A DNA stretch of 64,000 nucleotides from Candidatus Woesebacteria bacterium (GTDB taxonomy: Bacteria; Patescibacteriota; Microgenomatia; UBA8517), in NCBI GenBank assembly GCA_016432365.1, contig CP066686.1:691992-755991 (forward strand), written 5' to 3'. A program made the translations under genes and the position numbers. Shown piece after piece: positions 17,082 to 27,125 of the stretch. The notes under the pieces are model-generated. The model was given only the letters and a program-made list of their open reading frames with translations, was not told where the DNA came from and made no database searches. How positions within the stretch are numbered: the stretch's first letter is position 1; every line of letters starts with the position of its first letter.

Positions 17082-18659
17082 TTACGCCCCGTTGGTGGGA
17101 GGCATAATTGCTCTTTCCATTGCCATGGTTACTCGATCTAAATCTTCTCCATTATGTTCTGCTTTAACAACCTCTGATCCGAATGCAGATAACATGTCAT
17201 CTCTATTATCAAACATAAAAGGTGTAAATCTTAAAAACGCCAAGCCTCCATCTTCGGCTAATGTAAAAAGACTACCTTTAGGTAGTTTCACCCCTCCGAA
17301 ATCTATCGATTCCAGATTCATATAAGTATGTGCTCCATGAGTTTTTTCAAAAAATTTAGTTCCGTGAATTACAGTAGTTCTGAGTTTGCCCAAACCTAAT
17401 GCCTGAGAATAGTAGGTGGCCACGTCGAAACATGCGCCAGCTGTAATCGAAACTCTTGCCTTTGTCATTCTGGGATCCAGATCTCTATTTTCAAGTGCGT
17501 TCAAGGTGTCGTTGATTACCGCTTGCAAAGCTTTAAAACCGATGTCATTTGTTTCTGACGCTCCAAGTCTCTTTAGTTTTTCTAATGTGGGCGGATCGCC
17601 TTCTGCGCTAATAATTAACGATGATAGTTTGTCTATTTCGCGAGATCTGATAACTTTTGCCAAAACTCTACTTATTTGGGAGTATGCACCACCATATCTA
17701 TCTTCAAACTCATCTGCGTGACCAGTTAAAATAAATTTTTCAAAGTCTGAAGTAAATCTCAAACCGCAATCTTCTATAGCATTAACCAATGCTTCTCCTG
17801 TTGGCCGATTTATGAACGATTCACACCTTGAACTAGGACTTTGGTTTGCTGTTTCTAGCATATATGGGGCAATATCCGGAATAACTGCTAATTTCCAATT
17901 TGTTTTTAACAAGTCTCCGTATATGCTCACAGGTTTGGTTGGAATTAACTTAATTATTACCCCTTCTTTGCTCCGGATAGAAACCTCACTAATATTATCA
18001 TTTACATCCAGACTAGCATTTTTTTGAAGGACTGCCAAAATGTTATTCTTAGCAATTGCTTCAGCCTTTATTACTCTTGGGTCATATGATATAAGTGGAG
18101 TAAAGTAACCAAAAAAGTTTAATTTTTCTAGTATTGCTGCGGATGCTAGTGGATCTTCGTCAAAGTTAAATTCAGCACTGGTTTCCGGGGTTTTGTTTTC
18201 CAGAAAATTTGAAGTATTTTGTAAAAAAGCCCTGGCAATCGGCGTTTTATGTGTTCTTTCAACAATCCGTTGAATTATATCGTCGGTTTTCAAATCTTCT
18301 GAAAAAACCATTCCAAAGTGAGTATCTGACAACCTTTCAATTGTTAATTTACCAATTTCCGTTACTTTGGTTACCTTGTCCCTTGGCCGAACTGACGCTA
18401 CATCAGCCAGTATTCCTGCTTCGCTTAATTCGTATAGAGATTCCAGAGAGAAAAAGTCATCTCTCATTATTCCTTCTGGTTTTTGTGGAATTGATGAAGG
18501 TTTATAAGGGGAAATCTCTGAAGCTGCAATACTTAAATCGTATCTAACATTCTCCTCGGCCAGAACTTTCGCCTTTTGCCTTAAGTGATTAAGATATGAT
18601 GGCTTCAAGGTCTCGCTTTCCTGTGGAGCCGGTTTTCCTCCAACAGAATCTTCGGACAT
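17082..18659 (-). CDS. Hypothetical protein (525 aa)
   Basis: Long ORF with a -10 element upstream; no family recognised. Confidence 0.75.
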   Translation of the reverse strand: MSEDSVGGKPAPQESETLKPSYLNHLRQKAKVLAEENVRYDLSIAASEISPYKPSSIPQKPEGIMRDDFFSLESLYELSEAGILADVASVRPRDKVTKVTEIGKLTIERLSDTHFGMVFSEDLKTDDIIQRIVERTHKTPIARAFLQNTSNFLENKTPETSAEFNFDEDPLASAAILEKLNFFGYFTPLISYDPRVIKAEAIAKNNILAVLQKNASLDVNDNISEVSIRSKEGVIIKLIPTKPVSIYGDLLKTNWKLAVIPDIAPYMLETANQSPSSRCESFINRPTGEALVNAIEDCGLRFTSDFEKFILTGHADEFEDRYGGAYSQISRVLAKVIRSREIDKLSSLIISAEGDPPTLEKLKRLGASETNDIGFKALQAVINDTLNALENRDLDPRMTKARVSITAGACFDVATYYSQALGLGKLRTTVIHGTKFFEKTHGAHTYMNLESIDFGGVKLPKGSLFTLAEDGGLAFLRFTPFMFDNRDDMLSAFGSEVVKAEHNGEDLDRVTMAMERAIMPPTNGA

Positions 18660-18738
18660 AATTTAGTATAACAAAAATGATGAAGCAGAATAAGCAAATT
18701 GGAATCGAACTAACACTGTCTGATAGGAATTATTTTTA

Positions 18739-19359
18739 TTAACTACGGTAGGTGATTTCACCATTCTCATCGATCAATGCAAGTCGCAAATTGTGTTCAC
18801 TAGCTATTTTTGCAGCTTTTGCTTCCAGGTCGTTGTAATCTGTGCTGTCCCCAAGATATTTAAGTGCATCAGTACAAACATAAATTGCACTAAATCTGGG
18901 GTTTTCGACCCCAATTTCATAAACAGAGTACGGTCCTTTGTTAAAATCAGGAAGACTGATGTCAGGAGGATACGGAAAATTGTTTTCACCTTCTAGTTGT
19001 TTCAGTTTTCCGTCTGGGCCGGTTATATGTCCACCTGTGCCCACAATTTCTCCATCTGAAAGAATTAATCCCACAGGAGACCACAGCTCTTTCGACGTTC
19101 TTTGGTTTCCAGAAATGACTCTTCCGACTGAGAGAGGAGGGTGATTATCTAAACAAAATTTTATTTTATCCTCCCAGTTAATTGGGGGTGGCTGACGATG
19201 ACGATATTCATCGGGAGAGGGTTCTCCTTCCCAAGTTACCATTCCGCTAGTCGTTCCATGAATGAAGTTATACCCTGTCCGATTTATAATTTCTTTCAGA
19301 CTAACAACTTTTTGGGGCACATCATATCCAATTTCATTTACCATGATACACATTAACAT
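18739..19359 (-). CDS. Hypothetical protein, possible ADP-ribosyltransferase-like fold
   Basis: Order of FIHGT ... PLSV ... YEIGV motifs; weak. Confidence 0.55.
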   Translation of the reverse strand: MLMCIMVNEIGYDVPQKVVSLKEIINRTGYNFIHGTTSGMVTWEGEPSPDEYRHRQPPPINWEDKIKFCLDNHPPLSVGRVISGNQRTSKELWSPVGLILSDGEIVGTGGHITGPDGKLKQLEGENNFPYPPDISLPDFNKGPYSVYEIGVENPRFSAIYVCTDALKYLGDSTDYNDLEAKAAKIASEHNLRLALIDENGEITYRS

Positions 19360-19453
19360 GGAAATTTTTCTAGTTCAAACTATGTATTGTAAATTATCTC
19401 GGTAAAAATACTTTAACAAACCTGCAATTATTGCGTATTTGATCAGACTGGTG

Positions 19454-20077
19454 TTAAGCGTTATATAGGAGACTTTCAAAATCATCGTAAAACTTTAAAA
19501 CAATTTGTTCTGCCTTGAAAGTTTGAGCGTTTTGAATGATCTGATTCATTTCTTCGGCCCTTTCTTTTGGAAAACCTATTTCTGTAGTAAGTATAATATT
19601 GTCCTCATCCTGAGATTTGTGAGAAAAGTAGCGCTTTAGTATTTTGTGCCACTTATTAATTGCAGCTTCAGAAATGCCCAAATTAAGTTCGTCTTTATAA
19701 ACTACATCGAAATAGCTGTTTATTTCGTCCCAATTGCTAAGTTTGTCATACAACAATCTGTCCTCAAATACTTTTGCGGCTTGAGTTAAGACATCGGAAG
19801 CTGGGAAAAGCGAGTAGTATTTATTGTTAATCAAATATTCTTCTCTAATACTGTCCACTAACGAATGTAGTTTGAGTCCTGCTTCAAAGGAGGAAAGGTT
19901 GGTCAAATCGTCGAAGACAATATTTTCAAAATGAGACTTGTCACGGTCAATAACTCCCAGATATCTAATATCGGGTAAGCTCGTTCCGATAACAAACTCT
20001 CCAATATTTCTACCTCGGAAATATTTGTTAAATACTTTGACTGCCAACGTAACATGAGTAACCGGTCCGGCCATCAT
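19454..20077 (-). CDS. Zn-dependent phospholipase C-like hydrolase
   Basis: TH near the N-terminus, GTSLPD, SHF, GLKLHSLVD. Confidence 0.6.
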   Translation of the reverse strand: MMAGPVTHVTLAVKVFNKYFRGRNIGEFVIGTSLPDIRYLGVIDRDKSHFENIVFDDLTNLSSFEAGLKLHSLVDSIREEYLINNKYYSLFPASDVLTQAAKVFEDRLLYDKLSNWDEINSYFDVVYKDELNLGISEAAINKWHKILKRYFSHKSQDEDNIILTTEIGFPKERAEEMNQIIQNAQTFKAEQIVLKFYDDFESLLYNA

Positions 20078-20248
20078 TACATTTTACACTCAGACAGCGT
20101 AAATCTAAAGAAGTGGCCCAATCACATCTTCTACCTCTTTGACATGATATGGCCCGTAAGGACGTCACTTTCCTATAGAATTGAATTTTGATATAATTCC
20201 AAGTCTGTTAGCTGAACCTTAACCCTTTACATAAGAAAGTAGGTAGAC

Positions 20249-21250
20249 GTGATCAAAAAGATACTTTTAGCTCTGGTGGTTTTGCTGGTTGCCGTTTCGT
20301 GTGTGCCTGTACAACCACCCTCAACGTACGCACCGCCACCCACGATAGAACTGTCAAACGGAGGTGTGGACCAGGCTAGGCACGATTTGGCGTTAGCCTT
20401 AATTAAAAGCAATCTCAGTATTGCCAATGACCCAGGTTGTAGCGAGACCGGTTCGGTCCCTGCCGCCGGAATTGAAGCAGATTTAATTTGCGTTTTTACA
20501 ACAGGTCTCCCGATGGTGGTCACAATCACCAAGTTTGCCACATTGGCAGACTTGAACGCGTGGCTGTCTATGGACCTCGCGAATATAAAGATCGAAATAC
20601 AAGATACTTGGCACTACAGCGGAAATACTGCTGATTCGGGACGCTTATATGGTTTCTACCAAAGCGAATATCAACCAAACATTGCCTGGACATACGACGA
20701 TCTGTTTATATACGTCGTTGCTGAAAGGGCTGGAAGTCGGGACCTGAACTCTGTATTAGAATGGTGGAAAACCACAGGTTCTAGCAAGCCCGGTAGTGTC
20801 CAGAATCGCGAACAACCTGATTACGAGAAAGCCATAGAAACAACCAAGAAAAACTTGAAGATCGCCAATGACGAAGGATGTTTCTACCAAAGCCCGGATG
20901 CCGGATTGGGTTATGACGCACATTTTCTGTGCTCAATTTACAATCCGATAAGCGGCCCAAACGTGATAGTTGATGTTGAAATATTTAAGTTCTCAACATC
21001 CGAAAAGATGAAATTGTATCTTGACGCAGATCTGAAAGATATTACGTTCAGTCTTTCGGATTATTGGAATTACGAAGGTGAGAATTTTAACTCGGGTCGT
21101 ATTTTCGGCTTTACCAAGTATGATGGAAGCGCGGTGTTGTGTTGGACGATTGACACCGTGTTAATCTACGCGTGTGCGGAAACACCGCGTTATGACAACA
21201 TGACCGTCCTTTTGGACTGGTGGAAAAGAACAGGATCGATGAGATACTAG
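20249..21250 (+). CDS. Predicted lipoprotein with two tandem ~140-aa repeats
   Basis: Lipobox-like LVAVSC; repeat NL.IAND.GC...W.Y.G...SGR.(Y/F)GF...WT.D...WWK.TGS occurs twice. Confidence 0.8.
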   Translation: MIKKILLALVVLLVAVSCVPVQPPSTYAPPPTIELSNGGVDQARHDLALALIKSNLSIANDPGCSETGSVPAAGIEADLICVFTTGLPMVVTITKFATLADLNAWLSMDLANIKIEIQDTWHYSGNTADSGRLYGFYQSEYQPNIAWTYDDLFIYVVAERAGSRDLNSVLEWWKTTGSSKPGSVQNREQPDYEKAIETTKKNLKIANDEGCFYQSPDAGLGYDAHFLCSIYNPISGPNVIVDVEIFKFSTSEKMKLYLDADLKDITFSLSDYWNYEGENFNSGRIFGFTKYDGSAVLCWTIDTVLIYACAETPRYDNMTVLLDWWKRTGSMRY

Positions 21251-21258
21251 TTAGCATG

Positions 21259-21298
21259 ACCGGTGTGCGGATTTTAGTCATCCGTGCGCCGGTTTTTT
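21259..21298 (+). terminator. Intrinsic terminator
   Basis: ACCGGTGTGCGGAT / ATCCGTGCGCCGGT stem followed by a T-run. Confidence 0.85.
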
Positions 21299-21341
21299 GT
21301 TGGAAAAAAAGCAATTGTTGAGTGTGCTACCATAGTGAGAC

Positions 21342-22010
21342 ATGTCTGAAACAAATCCTGAATTCATTGCCAATGAAAACGCTAATCAGGAATTGGCGTG
21401 GCCAATGGATACAGATAATCCGAACTACCACTTTTTTAGGAGATTGGAGCGAGTGATACTTGATTTTAAAACGGAGAAACCTGAGGAGGCACAAATCCTT
21501 CTAGACTCGCAAGATTTTAAAGTTTCAGTTGTTGGGGGGGTAGCGGATCCAGAAAGAGTCTCGTCCCCAAGAAAAGATTTGGACTTAAGGGCAAGTGGGA
21601 TCGACCCTGACATATTGGATGAATCCGCATTTGCTCTATCCGACTTTTCTGACTTTATAAATTCATCAAATCAAGAATTGCCCGATAGAACGTCCGATGT
21701 TTTTCATATGATGCAAATTAAAGACGAACCAAGTTTTTTAAGTATAGATATTACGCCACAAGTTAAGTTATTATTGTCCGGGAAACGGCATCATACCGAG
21801 ACTATGACAAAGAACCTCGATCAAGCAGAGTCCTCGAATGACACGCCCCCAGGCGCAGACATTTCTTTGCCAGAATCCCCACCGGAGAATGATCCCGAGG
21901 CACCATGGGACCTGCCAAAGGGTGCAGATGCCGGCCTTCCTAACGAACCAAGACCCAAAACTAATGGTAAAAAAGTTCCTGGCGATTTACCACCGGGTGC
22001 AGAAATATGA
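21342..22010 (+). CDS. Hypothetical protein; possible nucleotidyltransferase-like motif, Pro-rich tail
   Basis: VSVVGGVA...RKDLDL; repeated (L)P(P/K)GA(D/E) motif in the tail. Confidence 0.55.
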   Translation: MSETNPEFIANENANQELAWPMDTDNPNYHFFRRLERVILDFKTEKPEEAQILLDSQDFKVSVVGGVADPERVSSPRKDLDLRASGIDPDILDESAFALSDFSDFINSSNQELPDRTSDVFHMMQIKDEPSFLSIDITPQVKLLLSGKRHHTETMTKNLDQAESSNDTPPGADISLPESPPENDPEAPWDLPKGADAGLPNEPRPKTNGKKVPGDLPPGAEI

Positions 22011-22630
22011 AGCTATATCTATCGTCATACAGATTAGGAGACAATCCACAGCAGTTGGTTAATTTAATCGGAAGTAATAAAAAAGTTGCCGTAATAGCCA
22101 ACTCAATCGATTTTGGAAACGACCCTGAAAGAAGAATGGCCGGTGTTCAGAGGGAGGTAGACGATTTGAAACAACTGGGACTGGTGCCAGAAGAGGTTGA
22201 TTTAAGAAGTTTCTTTAGCAGACCCGAAGAACTGGCTAAAACGTTGTCAGAATTTGGAACCATATGGGTAAGAGGTGGAAATACTTTTATTCTTCGCAGG
22301 GCGTTTAAGGAAAGCGGTATGGATGAGTGGTTGGTTAATCAAAAAGAAAATAAAGAATTGGTTTATGCAGGATATAGTGCAGGCGTTTGTGTATTATCGC
22401 CATCACTAAAGGGTTTAGAAACTGTAGATGACCCAAACATAATTTCTGATGGATATAAAAAAGAAGTTATTTGGGATGGGTTGGGGCTTATTAGTTTTGC
22501 TTTTGCACCACATTACAAATCAAACCATCCCGAAACTAAAATGGTGGATAGGGAAGTTGAGTATTACATCAAGAATGGAATTGAGTTTAAAGCACTTCAT
22601 GATGGTGAGGTAATTATTCAGGAAGTTTGA
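22007..22630 (+). CDS. Peptidase E / S51 (class I glutamine amidotransferase-like)
   Basis: WVRGGNTF.L, YAGYSAG, APHY. Confidence 0.9.
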   Translation: MKLYLSSYRLGDNPQQLVNLIGSNKKVAVIANSIDFGNDPERRMAGVQREVDDLKQLGLVPEEVDLRSFFSRPEELAKTLSEFGTIWVRGGNTFILRRAFKESGMDEWLVNQKENKELVYAGYSAGVCVLSPSLKGLETVDDPNIISDGYKKEVIWDGLGLISFAFAPHYKSNHPETKMVDREVEYYIKNGIEFKALHDGEVIIQEV

Positions 22631-22676
22631 AAATAATAACTTCCGGGCTTTTTTGTGTAAACGAAGCTCACGGATA

Positions 22677-23159
22677 TTATTTGCTCTCTACAATTTTCAA
22701 CACCGGCTGTAAATGAAACTTTATTTGAGTGTGGTCGGAAAGTCGCAACTTAACCATGGGGAAAGTGGGTTGATTAATTGCAGTTAAATCCCAATCAAGA
22801 CCAGAATATTTATTAATAAAAGAATCAAAATCAGTATCAATTACAAATTCAGCGTGTTCTAAGGCGGATGGACATTCTTGATCTTCCTTAGGAGCAACCA
22901 ACTCTACTGCCTCAATTTTCCGATCCTTATAGTCCAATGGATTATTTAACTTAAATATTCCGACCCGTCTACCACCAACGATATTTTCTGATATTAATTT
23001 AGCTATCTTTTCTACATCTGGTTTTAATTTATCGTAATCTTTATCTGAAGAACACTGATAACCAAAATGGTCAAGGTTGTATTTGGAGACATCAATGCCC
23101 TTAGCTTCAATATCCTGAAGTAGTTTATCTAAGAAGTCTTTGTAATTATCTAAAATCAT
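22677..23159 (-). CDS. YecM-like VOC-family metalloprotein
   Basis: LDHFGY, SENIVGGRRVG, ELVAP, LEHAEFVI, IKFH. Confidence 0.85.
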   Translation of the reverse strand: MILDNYKDFLDKLLQDIEAKGIDVSKYNLDHFGYQCSSDKDYDKLKPDVEKIAKLISENIVGGRRVGIFKLNNPLDYKDRKIEAVELVAPKEDQECPSALEHAEFVIDTDFDSFINKYSGLDWDLTAINQPTFPMVKLRLSDHTQIKFHLQPVLKIVESK

Positions 23160-23179
23160 CTTTTGTGAAGGATTTAAAG

Positions 23180-23767
23180 CTAGTCCGTTTTGTATTCAAT
23201 GCCATCCAACTTCTCCAGTATTAATTTTTGTTCTTCTTTGTCTATAACTGCATATGCACAATCTGCAATGTCAATTTCTCTATCTTTTAGAATCTCCCTA
23301 AAGATGACTCTGATAGGTCCACCATGTGTAACAATTCCGATTGTAGAATAGTTTGCCGAACCTGCAATCTCTGTGAATATTTTTTTTATTCTTTCTACAA
23401 AATTTTCATAAGATTCAGCTCCCTCTATTGTATTTTTATAATCTTTAACTTGCTCAACCAATTCAGGATACTTTGTTTTTGCTTCGTCCCGAATCATCCC
23501 GGACAGAATCCCGTTTTGGTTTCTTTCCTTCAAGTCCTCAATTGTTTTTATATCGCAATTAAGCTTAGCGTTTATTATTCCTGCAGTCTGCTGCGCTCGT
23601 TTTAGAGGACTGCAAAAAATAGATTGAATCCCTGAATTTGAAAGTTTGTCTGCCAATTCTTGCGCCTGAACTTCACCCTCATTTGAAAGGTCGTCGTCGT
23701 AGCTTCCACCATATCTGTTCTCAACATCTCCGGTAGTTTGTCCGTGTCTAATTAGATAAATTTTCAT
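23180..23767 (-). CDS. Histidine phosphatase (PGM family)
   Basis: LIRHGQT, SPLKRAQQT, GAES, VTHGGPIR. Confidence 0.95.
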   Translation of the reverse strand: MKIYLIRHGQTTGDVENRYGGSYDDDLSNEGEVQAQELADKLSNSGIQSIFCSPLKRAQQTAGIINAKLNCDIKTIEDLKERNQNGILSGMIRDEAKTKYPELVEQVKDYKNTIEGAESYENFVERIKKIFTEIAGSANYSTIGIVTHGGPIRVIFREILKDREIDIADCAYAVIDKEEQKLILEKLDGIEYKTD

Positions 23768-23778
23768 ATAATTTCTAC

Positions 23779-24405
23779 TTAAAGAATAACAGGAACTGAA
23801 TAATAAGTAACAAGCATTCCGCTTTCGTTATCGAACGTCTGATTTTCGTTAAGAGCTGTTTCAGTTTCAGGTTTTTTCCACTCAGGATTCTGTGGTGAGC
23901 TGTTTAATCCTACAGGCACCAAAACGCCTCCACCCCGATCATTATATGGATCTATTTCTCTAAACTCAAATCTTACGATTTCTGTTTCGGAAAATTTCGT
24001 ATCGTCCTCGTACTCTCCTTTTCTCGCAAATTGATAAGTGACTTTATTTACTCCTTCTGGTGGATTGGTAGATTCAAACATTTCTGTAATAATCATCCTG
24101 GGCCCATTCTCTGTTTCTTCGTAAGATGCAATATAAGAAGATGTAAGTGTGTCGGGTGTTTCTCCCCATGTTTTACAAATTATATCTGTGATTTTTTCCT
24201 CAGGAATATCTCGGAAGTCTTCTATTCTGATTTCAGGGGATGGTTTTACAATTTCCGTTTTTGGTAAATGGGATTCTACTTCTAATCTATGAAATGTCCC
24301 CAAAAATTTATTGAACTTAGAATCGCCCAAGACAGCTCCTTCTCCATGGATTTTGCCAGCCTCAAAAGATTTTAGAAGGTCCTTATCACTTAATGAATCC
24401 GACAT
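23779..24405 (-). CDS. Hypothetical acidic protein
   Basis: ORF co-oriented with the downstream genes; no family recognised. Confidence 0.65.
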   Translation of the reverse strand: MSDSLSDKDLLKSFEAGKIHGEGAVLGDSKFNKFLGTFHRLEVESHLPKTEIVKPSPEIRIEDFRDIPEEKITDIICKTWGETPDTLTSSYIASYEETENGPRMIITEMFESTNPPEGVNKVTYQFARKGEYEDDTKFSETEIVRFEFREIDPYNDRGGGVLVPVGLNSSPQNPEWKKPETETALNENQTFDNESGMLVTYYSVPVIL

Positions 24406-24535
24406 ATATGATTATGATGATTATAGCAAACTCAAAACAAAATATAGGTTTGCAAATTTATGTTTTGAGTTCGGTATGTAGGAATTCCGTGTTTGCCAAA
24501 CTTGAATAAACTGGTATATAAAACTAGAATGAGTT

Positions 24536-26419
24536 ATGCCGGAAAATGGAGATATTAATTTCGATGGGACGCAAATAGATTTATCGGGGTTCAGATATAG
24601 AGAGCCAGTAATCGCTCCACCGTCTGACGCACCTATGGAAACCCGAGACAGGCTGACCCGCCTTGCCCGTGATTTTCGGGAGATTTACGATCCTTCTGGC
24701 AGCATGGGTAATCCCGATATTAACCGTTCTCCGAGGGAACAAAGAATCTCGGACAATGATTGGGGGGATTGGTCATATAATTTGTTTCCGGACAACGATC
24801 ATCTCCAAAATAAAGTTTTAGACATTATCGGACAAGTTACCAAAAAGAGAAATCTTGAAAGCATAAGCCGCGAGACTGTAGCCAGGTTACTTTTATCTAC
24901 AATCGAGCCCCCACCTGTAGTTACTGAAAAAGAATCCAGTTTGAATAGAATACTTTGGGAAACAACAACAGCAGAGGCGCAAAAAGTCGCCACTGATTTT
25001 TATGCAATTTTACGCGGTGAAGATATTCCAACCAGACCCGATGAAAACGAGCTTACTTTTATAGAGGCGGCTAAAACGGAAATAGAAGAACTTGGTGATG
25101 ATGTTGACCCGAGAATTATTCGGTCACAAATATCCGCTCTTCATGGGTTGGTTTATGGGGGCGGTTTAGATGACTTATATAGAAAATACAAAGAGGGTTG
25201 TGCTAAGTTTGGTGTTGAGTTTCCCTCGGATGAAATGGATGTGTTGGCGGTTAAAACTGAACTGGCATATATGTTTTTAGATAAAATTAGACATAAAAAC
25301 GAGGAAGAAAAATTTTCAAATATTCCCTCCGGTGTTATAACATTGGGAATGGAAGTTGAATATACTAATTTTATTGCAAATGAATTAAAAACCTGTGGTA
25401 TATACGAAGCGTTGCTTGTGCAATTTAATGAGGATATAGAAAAAGCTGAGCATCCGGCAGAAAAAGAAGTTTACGAAGAGGCAAAGAAAAAAATACAAAC
25501 TAGATTAAATATTTTAAAGTCAATTCTTCAAAATCGGAATCAAAAATCAGTGGAAGGTGCTTTTAAGGTGTGGGAACCAGGGAAAATGGCTGCTGTTAAA
25601 ATGGGGGTAATCGAGGAAAAAGCAGAAATTAGTGCAACCGAGATTGCCACTAAACCTGCTGCTTCATATAAAACACAGCTACGCGAGTTGGTATCCATAT
25701 CAACAGTTGGTGGTTTAAGGTCTAGTTGGGGTGTTCACGAAACTTTTGGAGGAGTTGAATTATCAACAAAACACACCGAATTTATGGACGGCTTGCCCAT
25801 TGCTATTGCTGCCGGCTTTATTGATTTTGGCAAAATAAGTGACAAGGTTAAATCTAATATTTATGGAGGGTTTGGTATCGTTGGTGAAAAACATACAAAG
25901 CCCGGGTACGACCAAGCGACTGAGTCCTCGGTCTATTTTCCTTTTCATCGTTCAAGAACAAGTGCCTATATGGAGGTTGCCGCAAATGTAAAGCAGAAAA
26001 ATGGCATCGAACTTAGATCTTTGCCGGAATATAATCAAAAGTCATTCCCTAAACTTGTCAGGCAGTTATCTTTCCATTACCTTTTTGCTCATGGAGTAAA
26101 ATCAATTCAAAAAGAAGAGTCTGCCAGAACAGATCAGGATAAGAAATTGGTTGAAGCCTATTCCGAACTCTTAACAAATTGGAAGGAGTTGTTGGCGGCA
26201 AAAGATATAGAACCACCCACCAATGAAGAAAAATGGCTAACTGGTTATCATTTTAGTTATACCGAATCAGAAACCGATCGACATGATACGAACCCATATA
26301 TTGTTTTTGTGAGTAAAATGGTGGTTATGGCCCAGGAAGATCCCGAGTTTTCTAAAGAGGTGAGAAGAATTATAAGAGTTTTTTCCGGTAAAACTAGAAA
26401 AATTTTAGGGGAAAATTGA
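24536..26419 (+). CDS. Large protein with a putative COOH-NH2 ligase (amidoligase / glutamate-cysteine ligase-like) domain
   Basis: TLGMEVEY, TEIATKP, GVHETFG, GIELRSLP appear in the order of the GS/GCS-fold motifs. Confidence 0.6.
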   Translation: MPENGDINFDGTQIDLSGFRYREPVIAPPSDAPMETRDRLTRLARDFREIYDPSGSMGNPDINRSPREQRISDNDWGDWSYNLFPDNDHLQNKVLDIIGQVTKKRNLESISRETVARLLLSTIEPPPVVTEKESSLNRILWETTTAEAQKVATDFYAILRGEDIPTRPDENELTFIEAAKTEIEELGDDVDPRIIRSQISALHGLVYGGGLDDLYRKYKEGCAKFGVEFPSDEMDVLAVKTELAYMFLDKIRHKNEEEKFSNIPSGVITLGMEVEYTNFIANELKTCGIYEALLVQFNEDIEKAEHPAEKEVYEEAKKKIQTRLNILKSILQNRNQKSVEGAFKVWEPGKMAAVKMGVIEEKAEISATEIATKPAASYKTQLRELVSISTVGGLRSSWGVHETFGGVELSTKHTEFMDGLPIAIAAGFIDFGKISDKVKSNIYGGFGIVGEKHTKPGYDQATESSVYFPFHRSRTSAYMEVAANVKQKNGIELRSLPEYNQKSFPKLVRQLSFHYLFAHGVKSIQKEESARTDQDKKLVEAYSELLTNWKELLAAKDIEPPTNEEKWLTGYHFSYTESETDRHDTNPYIVFVSKMVVMAQEDPEFSKEVRRIIRVFSGKTRKILGEN

Positions 26420-26450
26420 AATTAATTTATAAAAGTAACATAATATAATA

Positions 26451-27125
26451 ATGAAGATACTGAAAAAGTTATTGGTCGGGTTGGTCATCCTCTTAGTTAT
26501 CATAGTCGCCATCTTAAGTTACATCGGTGTTATGCCTGTTTTCTCCAAATATTTGGCTAAGCCGATAGATTTGGGGGTTAAAGCTGACCCTGCACTTGTA
26601 ACCGCTTTTGAATCAAAATTTGCCCCAACAGCAGTTGACGGAAAAGTTAACTTGGATGTTAATTTAAGTAGTGCCGAAGTTACCTCTATTTTTGCTGTAT
26701 GGGAAACACGAGATAAAAATTTTCCCCTCCACAATGTTCAGGTTAGGTTTAATTCGGACGGAACAGGTGAGGCTTCGGGATTTCTGAAAGTCGCAACAGC
26801 AATTTCTTTGGCAAAAAATCTTGGATATTCCGATAGTGATATTGAAACAGGAAAGAAATATGTCCAATTTGTTTCCGGAGATTTACCATTTTATGTTAAA
26901 GGGACCGGGGGTATGACAAATAATGTGCTCTCAATTAACCCAACCACTTTCCAATTGGGAAGAGCGGGTGTACCGGAATCTATAACCAATCTTGCCGCAA
27001 ACGCAGTTGGGGATATGATAGAACGAAGAATAAATCAAATTGGTGGTGCTGATATACAGGAAGCCAACTTCAAATCAGGTTCCTTCCGGCTTGTGGGTTC
27101 TGTACCGGAAACGATTAAGTATTAA
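26451..27125 (+). CDS. Membrane-anchored exported protein
   Basis: N-terminal transmembrane/signal segment. Confidence 0.75.
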   Translation: MKILKKLLVGLVILLVIIVAILSYIGVMPVFSKYLAKPIDLGVKADPALVTAFESKFAPTAVDGKVNLDVNLSSAEVTSIFAVWETRDKNFPLHNVQVRFNSDGTGEASGFLKVATAISLAKNLGYSDSDIETGKKYVQFVSGDLPFYVKGTGGMTNNVLSINPTTFQLGRAGVPESITNLAANAVGDMIERRINQIGGADIQEANFKSGSFRLVGSVPETIKY

